A DNA stretch of 64,000 nucleotides from Thalassolituus sp. UBA1087 (GTDB lineage: Bacteria; Pseudomonadota; Gammaproteobacteria; Pseudomonadales; Oceanobacteraceae), in contig DCCG01000002.1 in assembly GCA_002314145.1 (NCBI GenBank), positions 22,155-86,154 of the forward strand. The letters run 5' to 3'. The stretch's first letter is position 1. Every line of letters starts with the position of its first letter. Shown in pieces: positions 46,678 through 56,479 of this stretch. Position numbers and translations under genes: made by a program. The notes below the pieces were generated by a model. It was not told where the DNA came from, searched no databases, and was given only the letters and a program-made list of their open reading frames with translations.

Positions 46678-47958
46678 GTGACATTTATTAATAGTGACTA
46701 TAGTTACAGACACACTTTTACTGTGGAACATCCGGTGTCAGCGCTTGCCCTGTTGCGTCCTGCTTTATTCCCGTTAACCGCTCTGCTGGCCTGTTGGCTG
46801 CTGTGGCCAGGCGTCACGGACTGGGGACAGGAATATGAATTTCTGTTACTTATCAGCCCGCTGCTGATCGCCGCCCTGTGTCTGGTTCTGGCTCAGGTTT
46901 TCAATCAGGGCCGCATCGGGCAGATGATCATTCTCGTGGTCGCCACTTACGGACTGATCCAGTGGCAAATGCAGAGTACCCTGGATCATCCGGCGACCTG
47001 GTGGATGTATTTCTGGCTCACACTCCTGTTTCCCCTGAACGCCATGTTGATCCGCTATCTGCCGGAGCGTCGCCCTCTGTCACTGTACGGTCTGATGTTT
47101 CCCGCCACGCTGGTGTTGCAGGCAGTATTCATTCTGGGGCTGCCGGGCCAGTTACTGACAACACCATTGGGTCAGTGGGTACTGACTTTTCAGCGCCAGC
47201 CCGGCGATGTGCTGATTCCGTTACCGGCCTGGATCAGTTTTGCGGTCAGCCTCGGTCTGGTTATTAACCGCCTGCCGCGCAATGCGGATGTACCATTGGC
47301 TTTTGCGGCCGTGATTATCCTGCACGGGCTGATGTTTTATCACTTTGATCAGCCTTATATGTCAGCTCTGACGGCGGTCACCGTCCTGCTGCTGTTATTC
47401 ACCACCTTGCTGGTCACCAATCATCAGCTGGCCTTTATTGATGAGCTGACTGCCCTGCCCGGCCGGCGGGCGCTGATGAATGATCTGAAACACAGGCACG
47501 GGCACTACATTCTGGTCATGGCGGATATCGACCACTTTAAACAATTTAATGACACCCATGGCCACGACACCGGCGATGACGTACTGCGTCTGGTGGCCAG
47601 CCAGTTGGGTAAAACCACCGGTGGCGGACGCGCTTACCGTTACGGCGGGGAAGAATTTACGCTGATATTTCCGTCCGCCAGCCTGAAAGAATGCCGCCCC
47701 TTTATTGAAGCCACACGCGAACGCATCGCCTCATACCCTCTGGTCGTGCGCAATACCAGCCAGCGGCCGGAGGATCATAAGTCCGGTAAAAAGCAGCGCG
47801 GCAAGGCGGCGGATAAAAAAACACTGAGTGTCACCATGAGCTTTGGTGCCGCACGCCGGCAGAGCGGTGAGACGATTGAGGCGCTGCTGAAACGGGCTGA
47901 TAAAGCTTTATATAAAGCCAAGCAGAACGGCCGAAACCGGGTGGAAGATGCGGTATGA
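46678..47958 (+). CDS. Membrane diguanylate cyclase (GGEEF, no RxxD I-site)
   Basis: About 8 TM segments; DELTALPGRR, DIDHFKQFND.HGH..GD, RYGGEEF, ADKALY.AK..GRN. The true start may be GTG 46735. Confidence 0.92.
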   Translation: MTFINSDYSYRHTFTVEHPVSALALLRPALFPLTALLACWLLWPGVTDWGQEYEFLLLISPLLIAALCLVLAQVFNQGRIGQMIILVVATYGLIQWQMQSTLDHPATWWMYFWLTLLFPLNAMLIRYLPERRPLSLYGLMFPATLVLQAVFILGLPGQLLTTPLGQWVLTFQRQPGDVLIPLPAWISFAVSLGLVINRLPRNADVPLAFAAVIILHGLMFYHFDQPYMSALTAVTVLLLLFTTLLVTNHQLAFIDELTALPGRRALMNDLKHRHGHYILVMADIDHFKQFNDTHGHDTGDDVLRLVASQLGKTTGGGRAYRYGGEEFTLIFPSASLKECRPFIEATRERIASYPLVVRNTSQRPEDHKSGKKQRGKAADKKTLSVTMSFGAARRQSGETIEALLKRADKALYKAKQNGRNRVEDAV

Positions 47959-47989
47959 TAAGCACAAACCGTGAACCTCCGATGTCCCC

Positions 47990-48625
47990 ATGAATAAAGA
48001 AAAACGTACAGAGATATTTTCCCGCCTCAGGGACCACAACCCCGAACCGCAGACAGAGCTTGAATATTCCACCCCGTTTGAACTGTTAATCGCCGTGCTG
48101 TTATCCGCCCAGGCGACCGACGTCAGTGTCAACAAAGCCACCCGACGGCTCTACCCTGTGGCGAATACACCGGAAAGTCTGCTCGCCTTAGGTGAGGAAG
48201 GTGTTAAGGAATACATCAAAACCATTGGTCTGTTTAACAGCAAAGCGAAAAACGTGATTAAGCTGTGCCGTATTCTCATCGATCAGCACCACAGTGAGGT
48301 TCCGCAAACCCGGGAAGAACTCGAAGCGCTGCCCGGTGTCGGACGCAAAACCGCCAATGTGGTTCTGAATACGGCCTTTGGCCAGCCGACGATTGCGGTT
48401 GATACGCATATATTCCGGGTATCCAACCGCACTAAAATAGCGCCGGGCAAGGATGTGGACGAAGTGGAAAAACGCCTGATGCGCGTTGTTCCGAAAGAAT
48501 TTCAGCTGGATGCTCACCACTGGCTGATTCTGCACGGACGCTACGTATGCGTGGCCCGCAAACCAAAGTGTGGAGCCTGCATTATTGAAGATTTGTGTGA
48601 GTACAAACAGAAAACATCCGACTGA
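47990..48625 (+). CDS. nth: Endonuclease III
   Basis: LLSAQATD, Hh[16 protein letters not shown], 4Fe-4S motif [17 protein letters not shown]. Confidence 0.98.
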   Translation: MNKEKRTEIFSRLRDHNPEPQTELEYSTPFELLIAVLLSAQATDVSVNKATRRLYPVANTPESLLALGEEGVKEYIKTIGLFNSKAKNVIKLCRILIDQHHSEVPQTREELEALPGVGRKTANVVLNTAFGQPTIAVDTHIFRVSNRTKIAPGKDVDEVEKRLMRVVPKEFQLDAHHWLILHGRYVCVARKPKCGACIIEDLCEYKQKTSD

Positions 48626-48636
48626 GAGGATTCACC

Positions 48637-49038
48637 ATGAGACTATTACATACCATGCTGCGCGTCGGTGACCTGGACCGCTCCATCACCTTTTACACCG
48701 ATGTGATGGGCATGCAGCTGCTGCGCAAACACGACAATGAAGAATACCAATACTCACTGGCGTTTGTCGGTTATCAGCCGGAAAGTGAAGGTGCTGTGAT
48801 CGAGCTGACGTACAACTGGGGAACCAGCGAGTATGACCTGGGGACCGGCTATGGCCATATTGCCCTGGAAGTGGATAACGCCGCTGAGGCCTGTGACAGA
48901 ATCCGTAACAATGGTGGTAACGTCACCCGTGAGGCCGGACCGGTCAAAGGCGGTTCAACCATCATCGCTTTTGTCGAAGATCCCGACGGCTACAAAATCG
49001 AACTGATTGAAAAAGGCCACGACAACAGCAAGCTCTGA
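48637..49038 (+). CDS. gloA: Lactoylglutathione lyase (glyoxalase I)
   Basis: [37 protein letters not shown]. Confidence 0.98.
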   Translation: MRLLHTMLRVGDLDRSITFYTDVMGMQLLRKHDNEEYQYSLAFVGYQPESEGAVIELTYNWGTSEYDLGTGYGHIALEVDNAAEACDRIRNNGGNVTREAGPVKGGSTIIAFVEDPDGYKIELIEKGHDNSKL

Positions 49039-49051
49039 GCCGGCCTGATAC

Positions 49052-49945
49052 TCAGCCCCGGTAGCGGAAATGCAGTACTTTCAGGCCGCGGCCTGGCTGC
49101 GCTTCCCGGAAAACGCCGGGGTTGGCGATACGCCCGATAAATTCACACCCCGGCGCATGCTCCTCTGCCTGTTGGCGCAGGAAGCTTTCATCCAGATCCG
49201 GAGAATTCAGACACAACAGCAGATCGGCGCCCGCCGTCATAAATTCCGGCAGGCGACGCAGAATTTTTCCGTAGTCGCGGCGGATATCCACACTGCCTTT
49301 CTGAAACGTCGGCGGATCACAGATCAGCAGATCATAAGGACCGTGTTTTTTTACCCGCCCCCAGGATTTAAACAGATTGACCCCTTCAAAGATCACCCGC
49401 GATAAATCCTGACCATTCAGTCGATGATTATCGCGCCCATGCGCCAGTGCCGCTTTACTCATATCAATGTTCACTATTTTTTCTGCCCCACCCGCCAGGG
49501 CGGCGACTGAAAAGCCACAGGTATAAGCAAACAGATTCAGAACCCGCCGCCCGGCGGCATTATCCTGAACCCAGCGGCGGCCATGGGCCATATCCAGAAA
49601 CAGTCCGGTGTTCTGGGCGCGGTTCAGATGCAGCCAGTAATCCAGCTGATGTTCACGGATGACCATCTGTTGCGGCATATCCCCCAGCAGGCATTCGAAC
49701 GGTGCCCCCTGACGACAGCGGAACTGCACAACGACCTGTTCAGCGCCGCATTCGTCAGCCAGAGACTGCGCCAGACAACTCAGCGCCTGCGGACCCTCTT
49801 CGGCGTACAGGGTAATCAGCGCCAGCGGCGTAAACCAGTCAATATTTATATGCTCAAAACCGGCCCAGGCATGACCCCGTCCATGAAACAGGCGTTGAGC
49901 GTCATCCCCGCAGGGGCGTACAAAAGGCGGACATAATGGTGACAA
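49052..49945 (-). CDS. Class I SAM-dependent methyltransferase (RlmI/RlmK-like catalytic domain)
   Basis: QNTGLFLDM, VLNLFAYTCGFS, IDMS, ICDPPTF. Confidence 0.88.
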   Translation of the reverse strand: MSPLCPPFVRPCGDDAQRLFHGRGHAWAGFEHINIDWFTPLALITLYAEEGPQALSCLAQSLADECGAEQVVVQFRCRQGAPFECLLGDMPQQMVIREHQLDYWLHLNRAQNTGLFLDMAHGRRWVQDNAAGRRVLNLFAYTCGFSVAALAGGAEKIVNIDMSKAALAHGRDNHRLNGQDLSRVIFEGVNLFKSWGRVKKHGPYDLLICDPPTFQKGSVDIRRDYGKILRRLPEFMTAGADLLLCLNSPDLDESFLRQQAEEHAPGCEFIGRIANPGVFREAQPGRGLKVLHFRYRG

Positions 49946-50084
49946 GAGGCATAAACCTTATAAAAAAGAACGACAGAGTTTACCAAAATGCATCTTACGG
50001 TGCTCAGTGAGGGCGCTCCAGCCCAGTAAAAGCGCGGCTTTCAGCCCTGACGGAAAATAGTTATCAATCTTCACCGCAAATGCT

Positions 50085-50300
50085 TTCTCACAGAGAATAA
50101 GTGAGATACTATGACTGCGTTGAAGCTATAAATCGGTAGCTCCAATGCGTTGGCGAGTGCCTCATATTGTAAGATATGCAAGATACTGGTCGATAGCGGC
50201 ATAAATTGATTATCCCCGGCTCCGCCGGCCAGTATCGAGAGTATGCCAGTTAGTTAAGCAAATCCGGTCTCAGACCGGCGCACTACTCAGGAAAGTAAGC
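50085..50300 (+). promoter_or_regulatory. Candidate promoter and long (about 180 nt) 5' UTR of the cold-shock gene
   Basis: TTCTCA-16-TACTAT at 50085-50112; 355-bp intergenic region without a credible ORF. Long UTRs are typical of cold-inducible csp mRNAs (inference). Confidence 0.4.
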
Positions 50301-50510
50301 ATGGCAAATTTAGTTGAAGGCACCGTTAAATGGTTCAATGACGAAAAAGGTTTCGGTTTCATTGAGCAGGATTCCGGTAAAGACGTATTCGTACATTTCA
50401 GCGCTATCAATGGCTCCGGTCGTCGTAGCCTGATGGAAGGCCAGAAAGTGACGATGGAAGTTACTCAGGGTCAGAAAGGCCCTCAGGCCGAGAACGTTAC
50501 TCCGGTTTAA
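50301..50510 (+). CDS. Cold-shock protein (CspA family)
   Basis: [15 protein letters not shown] (RNP1), DVFVHFSAI (RNP2), KGPQAENV. Confidence 0.98.
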   Translation: MANLVEGTVKWFNDEKGFGFIEQDSGKDVFVHFSAINGSGRRSLMEGQKVTMEVTQGQKGPQAENVTPV

Positions 50511-50537
50511 TTTTAAACCGGTCTGCGTTTTCACATC

Positions 50538-50564
50538 AGCCCGTATCTCCGGATGCGGGCTTTT
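50538..50564 (+). terminator. Intrinsic terminator after the csp gene
   Basis: AGCCCGTATC-TCCG-GATGCGGGCT-TTT. Confidence 0.85.
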
Positions 50565-50654
50565 GTGTATTCCCGCCAAAACAAAGTTTTGTCCTCCCCC
50601 GGTAAGCTGATACTCTTGGTTCAGTCATACTTTATGGTGCCGGCGTAATCCCTA

Positions 50655-51230
50655 ATGATTGATCAGGGCGAACTCTTTGACATTCCCAGTCCTTGTAAGC
50701 GTATCTGCGTTACCAATAACCGTGGCTACTGCAAAGGCTGCTTCCGTTCACGTACTGAACGCCTCAACTGGCTCAAATACACAGATTTCCAGCGTCAGCT
50801 GATTATCAACCTGTGTGAAAAACGCCGTCTGAAAGTTCTCAATGCGAAACTGAATCCACACACCGACGTGGATGAAGAAGAAAGCACCCCACAGGCAGAC
50901 CTGTTTGCCGACAATACCGCCACAGGGACTCTGACCAACCATAACCAGCGGGACGAGTCATCAGCTCCGCAAAGCAGCACACAAACTGCGACGCCGGACA
51001 GTGCCGATACAGAAACATCTCAGAACCCGGCACCTGAACCGCCGACACCGGAGCAACCAGCCGCTGCACAGCAAACGACAGACACCAGGCAACAGATAAC
51101 CGCGGAGCCGACCAAAGCGGAAGATACGCAACCGTCTGACGGGCCTGCACCTCATAAAACCCGGCCACGGCCGCGCAAAGAGAAAAAGAAACCGTCACAC
51201 AATGATGATCAGCTGGATATGTTTAACTGA
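50655..51230 (+). CDS. DUF1289 domain protein with long disordered P/T/Q-rich C-terminal tail
   Basis: PSPCKRIC....GYCKGCFRSRTE..NW is the DUF1289 four-Cys signature; low-complexity tail ends in QLDMFN. Confidence 0.88.
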   Translation: MIDQGELFDIPSPCKRICVTNNRGYCKGCFRSRTERLNWLKYTDFQRQLIINLCEKRRLKVLNAKLNPHTDVDEEESTPQADLFADNTATGTLTNHNQRDESSAPQSSTQTATPDSADTETSQNPAPEPPTPEQPAAAQQTTDTRQQITAEPTKAEDTQPSDGPAPHKTRPRPRKEKKKPSHNDDQLDMFN

Positions 51231-51233
51231 TAA

Positions 51234-52031
51234 TCACCCGCTGACGACGTGCGCAGAAGCCGGTACCATCTGCATCCAGCCCAGCGTAGCGGACGTGTCC
51301 GTTGTCGGTTTGTATTCGGCGCCGATCCAGCCCTGATAGCCGGAAGTTTCTATACAGCGGAAAATAACGGAAAAATCCAGATCGCCACTGCCGGGCTCCC
51401 CCCGCTGTGGAATATCAGCAAACTGGATATGCCCTATTTTATCCGCATTGGATTCAATAAATTCGCACACTTTACAGCCCATCAGCGACATATGATAAAT
51501 ATCGAACTGGGCCTTAATATGTGGATGCTGAAGCTCATTAATGATATCCAGCATCTGATCCGCCGTATGAATAAGGAAATCCGGCATATCCCGGGTATTG
51601 ATGGCTTCAAATGTGGTGGTTATGTGAAAAGGTGCCAGACTGTCGGCGGTTTTAATCAGATTTTTTTTAAAGGTATCGAGGTAAAAAACCCGTTTATTTT
51701 CATCGTCACAGCGCCCCGGCAACACATTAACACAGGCCACCTTCAGCGCACGTGCATAAGCCAGACACTCCACCATGGCAGCGGCATATTCCGCCCTTTT
51801 ACCCGGCACGGCTGCCAGCCCTTCGCCACCGGCCATCAGGTCGCCCGCCGGTACATTAATCAATACGCAACGCAGCTGGTTATCACGCAAGGCACGCTGA
51901 ATATCACAGATGGGCGTGTCATACGGAAACTGAATTTCCACCGCCCGGAAACCATCCTGGCTGGCCGCAGCAAAGCGCTGCAGAAAAGGGAGTTCCGTAT
52001 ACATCAGTGACAGATTGGCCGTGAACTTCAC
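51234..52031 (-). CDS. hyi: Hydroxypyruvate isomerase family protein (Hyi/OtnI-like)
   Basis: KFTANLSLMY, VEIQFPY, EAIN, FDIYH, GHIQFAD.P.RGEPGSG, GAEY. Confidence 0.88.
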   Translation of the reverse strand: MKFTANLSLMYTELPFLQRFAAASQDGFRAVEIQFPYDTPICDIQRALRDNQLRCVLINVPAGDLMAGGEGLAAVPGKRAEYAAAMVECLAYARALKVACVNVLPGRCDDENKRVFYLDTFKKNLIKTADSLAPFHITTTFEAINTRDMPDFLIHTADQMLDIINELQHPHIKAQFDIYHMSLMGCKVCEFIESNADKIGHIQFADIPQRGEPGSGDLDFSVIFRCIETSGYQGWIGAEYKPTTDTSATLGWMQMVPASAHVVSG

Positions 52032-52912
52032 CCATTTTTCTCCGTATACATTGACACCAGAGTGCAGGGATCTTTGTCCGCATTTCCCTGTGATGCATGC
52101 AGGCGCATTAATTCTGCCCCCAGACCCGCCATGGGTACCGCGGTGTGTATTTTGCGCGCCAGATCATTCGCCATATCCAGGTCTTTTAACAGGGTTTTAA
52201 CGTGCCACTTAACATCATCAAAATCGCGGCTGGCCATTCTGGGGCCGGTGAGCTGCAGCGGCACAGAATCAGCAAATCCGCCCTGCAGAGCCGCCGGAAT
52301 AAGACTGGCATCCACACCGGCTTTTTCTGCCATGGCCATAACTTCTGCCATCACCAGTACATTACAGCTGACCAGCATCTGATTACCGATTTTAGTGACC
52401 TGACCCGCACCGACCGGCCCCATCCGGGTCACCCGCTGAGACAGAGGCGCCAGTACCGGACGTAACCGGTCGATAAGAGATTCGTCACCACCCGCCATAA
52501 TTGCCAGCGTGCCCTGCTCCGCCCCGGCAACACCACCGGATACCGGAGCATCCACCCATTCAACGCCACAGCGTGCTTTCAGTGCCGCCGCCATGTCCCG
52601 CGTAGCCTGCGGGTCGATACTGGAGAAATCCACCAGTATCTGCCCGGCTCTGGCATATCCGGCAATGCCATCAGGGCCCAGCACCACATTCTCAACCGCC
52701 GCACTGTCCGTTACACAGATCATAAGAATATCGCTGCTACCGACCAGCTGCGCGAGCGAAGACACCGGCTGCGCGCCGTCGTCTTGCATGGCCTGAGCCT
52801 TATCAGCACTGCGGTTCCAGACACTGACCTGATACCCGGCCGCTAACAGGCGCCGGGTCATGGGCACGCCCATCAGACCCATTCCGATAAATCCAAGACG
52901 CGGTTTGTTCAT
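52028..52912 (-). CDS. NAD(P)-dependent beta-hydroxyacid dehydrogenase (2-hydroxy-3-oxopropionate reductase family)
   Basis: GFIGMGLMG, DFSS, DAPVSGG, GAGQVTKIGNQ, KDL; SD GGAG before ATG 52912; overlaps the hyi start. Confidence 0.92.
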   Translation of the reverse strand: MNKPRLGFIGMGLMGVPMTRRLLAAGYQVSVWNRSADKAQAMQDDGAQPVSSLAQLVGSSDILMICVTDSAAVENVVLGPDGIAGYARAGQILVDFSSIDPQATRDMAAALKARCGVEWVDAPVSGGVAGAEQGTLAIMAGGDESLIDRLRPVLAPLSQRVTRMGPVGAGQVTKIGNQMLVSCNVLVMAEVMAMAEKAGVDASLIPAALQGGFADSVPLQLTGPRMASRDFDDVKWHVKTLLKDLDMANDLARKIHTAVPMAGLGAELMRLHASQGNADKDPCTLVSMYTEKNG

Positions 52913-53139
52913 AGCAACTCCATTATTTGCGTCAATAATATCAAACACTTAACCAAGGTCTAAGACATAAGTAACAGTTTGCCATCAGTGCTCAGGTATT
53001 TTCTTTCTTCTGCATTTATCCGTTGCCGCCTGTCTGTCCACTTATTATGCACAGGCAGGGTTACAATAGTCCGACACGCATGATTCGCCTGTTGCATCCA
53101 ATCGCCTATGCTCAGTCAGGTAAACAGAGGATTAACCTG

Positions 53140-53967
53140 ATGAGCATGAACACGATTTTCGCTGAATCCCGGGAACTTCCCCATCTTCCCGAAGTTGTAC
53201 AGGCGCTGATGACCAGCTTTCATGATAACGATGTCAAAGTCGATACCATCAGTCAGAATGTTGCCCGGGACCCGTCACTGACGGCTAAGGTTCTGCGTCT
53301 GGCCAATTCTGCCCATTTTGGTCTCGCACGCACGGTGGCTACACCTCAGGATGCGGTCATGCTGCTGGGGTTCAGTACCCTGCGTACCATGGTACTGGCG
53401 TCCGGTGTCAGTGGAGCTTTCAGACTGCCTCAGGCGTTTGATCAGAAAAAATTCTGGCGTGATTCCTTCGCGGTGGCAGCGCTGTCAGGCTGGGTATCCA
53501 CCTATGTCGGAAACAGCGACAGAGACATTGCCTTCACCTGCGGTATGCTGCATGGCATAGGCTCCCTGCTTATGCGTGTTGTTATGCCGCTGGAATGCGG
53601 GAAAATTGATGACATTGAAGCTCTGGGCGGCAAACGCTACAGCCTGGAAAGCGGCCAGTGGGGTTATAACTCTGCGGATGTCGGCGCCGAGCTGGCGAAA
53701 CGATGGAAATTCCCGGTGCAGATACAGCAGGCTATTGAACAGCAGAATAATCCGGATACCGGCCAGCCTTATTCAACCCTGGCAGCGATAATTTATCTTG
53801 CTCAGTTCTTACACCGGGCTCAGCAGGAAAATCTGGACGAAGATCAGATCCGGGCATCCTTCCCGATGGCGGTCGCCGGGCAGATTCAGATGGACATTAA
53901 GCACGCTTTTGAGGATCTGTCATCGATCGGAGATCTGGATCCAGGTCTGGATGCTCTGCTGACTTAG
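53140..53967 (+). CDS. Stand-alone HDOD domain protein
   Basis: LPHLPEV, DPSLTAKVLRLANSA, DAVMLLG, GMLHGIG, LAKRWKFP; SD GAGG before ATG 53140. Confidence 0.9.
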   Translation: MSMNTIFAESRELPHLPEVVQALMTSFHDNDVKVDTISQNVARDPSLTAKVLRLANSAHFGLARTVATPQDAVMLLGFSTLRTMVLASGVSGAFRLPQAFDQKKFWRDSFAVAALSGWVSTYVGNSDRDIAFTCGMLHGIGSLLMRVVMPLECGKIDDIEALGGKRYSLESGQWGYNSADVGAELAKRWKFPVQIQQAIEQQNNPDTGQPYSTLAAIIYLAQFLHRAQQENLDEDQIRASFPMAVAGQIQMDIKHAFEDLSSIGDLDPGLDALLT

Positions 53968-54928
53968 CAATATCCAGCAGCGTCTGACTGGCAAACCACG
54001 CCTGGCTGCGGGCAACCCGCTGCTCTGCCGGCAGGCGGGTATCGGCGTCACTGAGGGCATCAATGCGCTGCAGCCGCGGCAGCAGACCCGTGCCATTGGC
54101 GACCTGAATAGCCAGCCCCGGCCGGGCATTGAGTTCCAGCAGCATAGGACCGTAACGCTGATCCAGCACCATATCAGTTCCCAGATAGCCCAGGCCGGAC
54201 ACGTCGTAACAGCGTGCAGCCTGCTCCAGCAGAACCTGCCACTGCGGCACTTTTAATTCTTTCAGCGCACGCCCGGTATCCGGATGATGCAGCACAGGCA
54301 CACCACTCTGCACAGCGTTCAGGGCCCGGCCGGTGGCGATATCAATGCCCACACCAACGGCTCCCTGATGCAGATTGGCTTTGCCATCTGAGCTCCGGGT
54401 CGACAACCGCATCATGGCCATCACAGGATATCCACGACAGACAATCACACGAATATCCGGTACGCCTTCGAACGAGTAATCGGCCAACAGGGGATCAAAT
54501 TCAATCAGCTCTTCGATCAGAGCAACGTCCGGCGTGCCGCCCAGACTATACAGTCCGGCGAGAATATTGGAGGCATGCCGTTCGAGATCGGCCAGCGCCA
54601 ATGACTGGCCGTTATTCTTTACAAAGCCGCCGTCTTTTTTATTCAGAACCAGAATGCCCTTACCGCCACTGCCCTTGGCCGGCTTAATGGCAAATCCGGC
54701 GATGCCATCCAGCATATTGCCCAGCCGGGTGACTTCATGCTGGCTGCGGATGGCACCAATCAGAGCCGGAGAGGCAATCTCCGCCTGTTGAGCCAGCAGC
54801 TTGGTTTTCAGTTTATTGTCGACCAGCGGGTAAAGCTTGCGCGAATTATAGCGGCTGATATAAGCAATATTGCGCCGGTTCATCCCCAGAATGCCGTGTG
54901 ATTTCAGACGCCAGGGCAGAATCAGCAT
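53897..54928 (-). CDS. Alpha-L-glutamate ligase-like (RimK-related) ATP-grasp protein
   Basis: GMNRRN, VDNKLKTK, IKPAKGSGGKGI, GVPDIRVI, ANLHQGAVG, LELNARPGL. Confidence 0.93.
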   Translation of the reverse strand: MLILPWRLKSHGILGMNRRNIAYISRYNSRKLYPLVDNKLKTKLLAQQAEIASPALIGAIRSQHEVTRLGNMLDGIAGFAIKPAKGSGGKGILVLNKKDGGFVKNNGQSLALADLERHASNILAGLYSLGGTPDVALIEELIEFDPLLADYSFEGVPDIRVIVCRGYPVMAMMRLSTRSSDGKANLHQGAVGVGIDIATGRALNAVQSGVPVLHHPDTGRALKELKVPQWQVLLEQAARCYDVSGLGYLGTDMVLDQRYGPMLLELNARPGLAIQVANGTGLLPRLQRIDALSDADTRLPAEQRVARSQAWFASQTLLDIAKSAEHPDLDPDLRSMTDPQKRA

Positions 54929-56479
54929 TTATTGACTCCCGAATGACGCGAAGCGGCGTAATTCAAGCAGGCGATAACCTGTGTACGAGCCAATCATTAA
55001 TACCAGCGCCAACACCACAAACTGGATGCCGATAAAATTAAACGTCAGATGACGGATCCAGGGATCATTCATCGCCCAATAGGCCAGCACAGCGGTCAGC
55101 AGACTGCCGCCTCCCTGAACCACAACTTCATGAACACCTTCTTCTTCCCACAGAATCGACATACGTTCGATGGTCCAGGAGAGAATAATCATCGGGAAGA
55201 AGGTGATTTTCAGCCCTTCCGTCAGGCCTACTTTAAAGGACAGCACACTGAAGATACTGATAATAGCGATCACGGTAATAATCACCGCCGTTATCCGCGC
55301 CACCAGCAGGAGGTTCAGCCTGGACAGATAACTGCGGATCAGCAGACCGGTGGCAACCACCAGCAAGAAACCCACCAACCCGGTCACCAGCGATGTCTGA
55401 ATAAACGCCAGTGCAATCAGTACCGGCATAAAAGTACCGGACGTCCGTATGCCAACCAGTACCCGCAGAATACAGACGATCAGCGCCCCGATCGGGATCA
55501 GCAGAATGGTTTTAAACATCGCCTGCTCTTCAATGGGCAGACTGTGAATGGAAAAATTCAGAAAATCATGCTGACTTGACAGGTTTTCGGCGATATTTGC
55601 GTAGGTGGATTCTTCCCGCTTAATCATAGAAAAACGGATGCCGGAGTCACGCCCGCCCATCACATCCAGTACCGGCGCGCCATGCTGTTCCCATAACAAC
55701 ATAGACTCAGGGTCACGGGTAAGCGATTCCACCGGTTCGCCCGGTAAACGGAAGACTTCACTGCTGTCACCGGACCACACCCGCAGCATAGTCACCAGTT
55801 GCTGGCGGCGGCGACCATCTTCCAGCGGCAGTCCATAAACCAGTGTTGCGCTGACCCGGGCTTTGTTCAACATATCCACCAGCAGTTGCGGTAAACGCTC
55901 GCCAAAATGGGTTTTCAGCAGTTGTATATCCTGATCCGGGTCCTGATCACCAAAGCGTTTCAACAGTTCACGCACCAGGCTGTAATTATCAGCTGAGGTC
56001 GCATAGGCGCGGCTGAGCACGCTGTTCACGGCGGTAGCATAGGGTTCAGGCCAGCTGACGGCACGGATTTCCGGCGCCGGCAGTTCCTGCAGTACAGGTT
56101 GCTGACTGACCAGAATTTCTGCGCGGTAGAAAAGCTCCTGATGTCCATCCGCTGCACGGATAGTCCATTCAGCTCTGGGGTCATCGCCTTCGATAAAATT
56201 CAGACCATACCCGGGTGACGCGCCGGCTTCTTTCAGTATGGTAAACCCATCCTGATCGCCCGGTCGCGCCATCGAAACCCGCACCGGCTCTCCGTAGGCG
56301 GCAAATTCCACACTGGCTTCTACCGACCAGATGGTCTGGGTTTCGCCATACATCAGTGGTACTTCGTATACCCAGTGGCGATGCAGAATCAGAAAAATCC
56401 CCACCACCAGCAGCACGGCAACAATAATAAAGAGCGGTAAACGGGGAAGATTTATTCTGGAAACGGGCGACACTGCCAT
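54929..56479 (-). CDS. Inactive transglutaminase-like domain fused to 7TM domain
   Basis: N-terminal TM helix, periplasmic domain with GLPLEDGRRRQ, C-terminal multi-TM region with GIRTSGTFMPVLIAL, TFFPMIILSWTIERMSILWEEEG, GYRLLELRRF. Confidence 0.92.
   Translation of the reverse strand: MAVSPVSRINLPRLPLFIIVAVLLVVGIFLILHRHWVYEVPLMYGETQTIWSVEASVEFAAYGEPVRVSMARPGDQDGFTILKEAGASPGYGLNFIEGDDPRAEWTIRAADGHQELFYRAEILVSQQPVLQELPAPEIRAVSWPEPYATAVNSVLSRAYATSADNYSLVRELLKRFGDQDPDQDIQLLKTHFGERLPQLLVDMLNKARVSATLVYGLPLEDGRRRQQLVTMLRVWSGDSSEVFRLPGEPVESLTRDPESMLLWEQHGAPVLDVMGGRDSGIRFSMIKREESTYANIAENLSSQHDFLNFSIHSLPIEEQAMFKTILLIPIGALIVCILRVLVGIRTSGTFMPVLIALAFIQTSLVTGLVGFLLVVATGLLIRSYLSRLNLLLVARITAVIITVIAIISIFSVLSFKVGLTEGLKITFFPMIILSWTIERMSILWEEEGVHEVVVQGGGSLLTAVLAYWAMNDPWIRHLTFNFIGIQFVVLALVLMIGSYTGYRLLELRRFASFGSQ

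Noticed and set aside
51249-52010. 253-aa + strand ORF
   Set aside because: Antisense shadow of the hyi-family gene.
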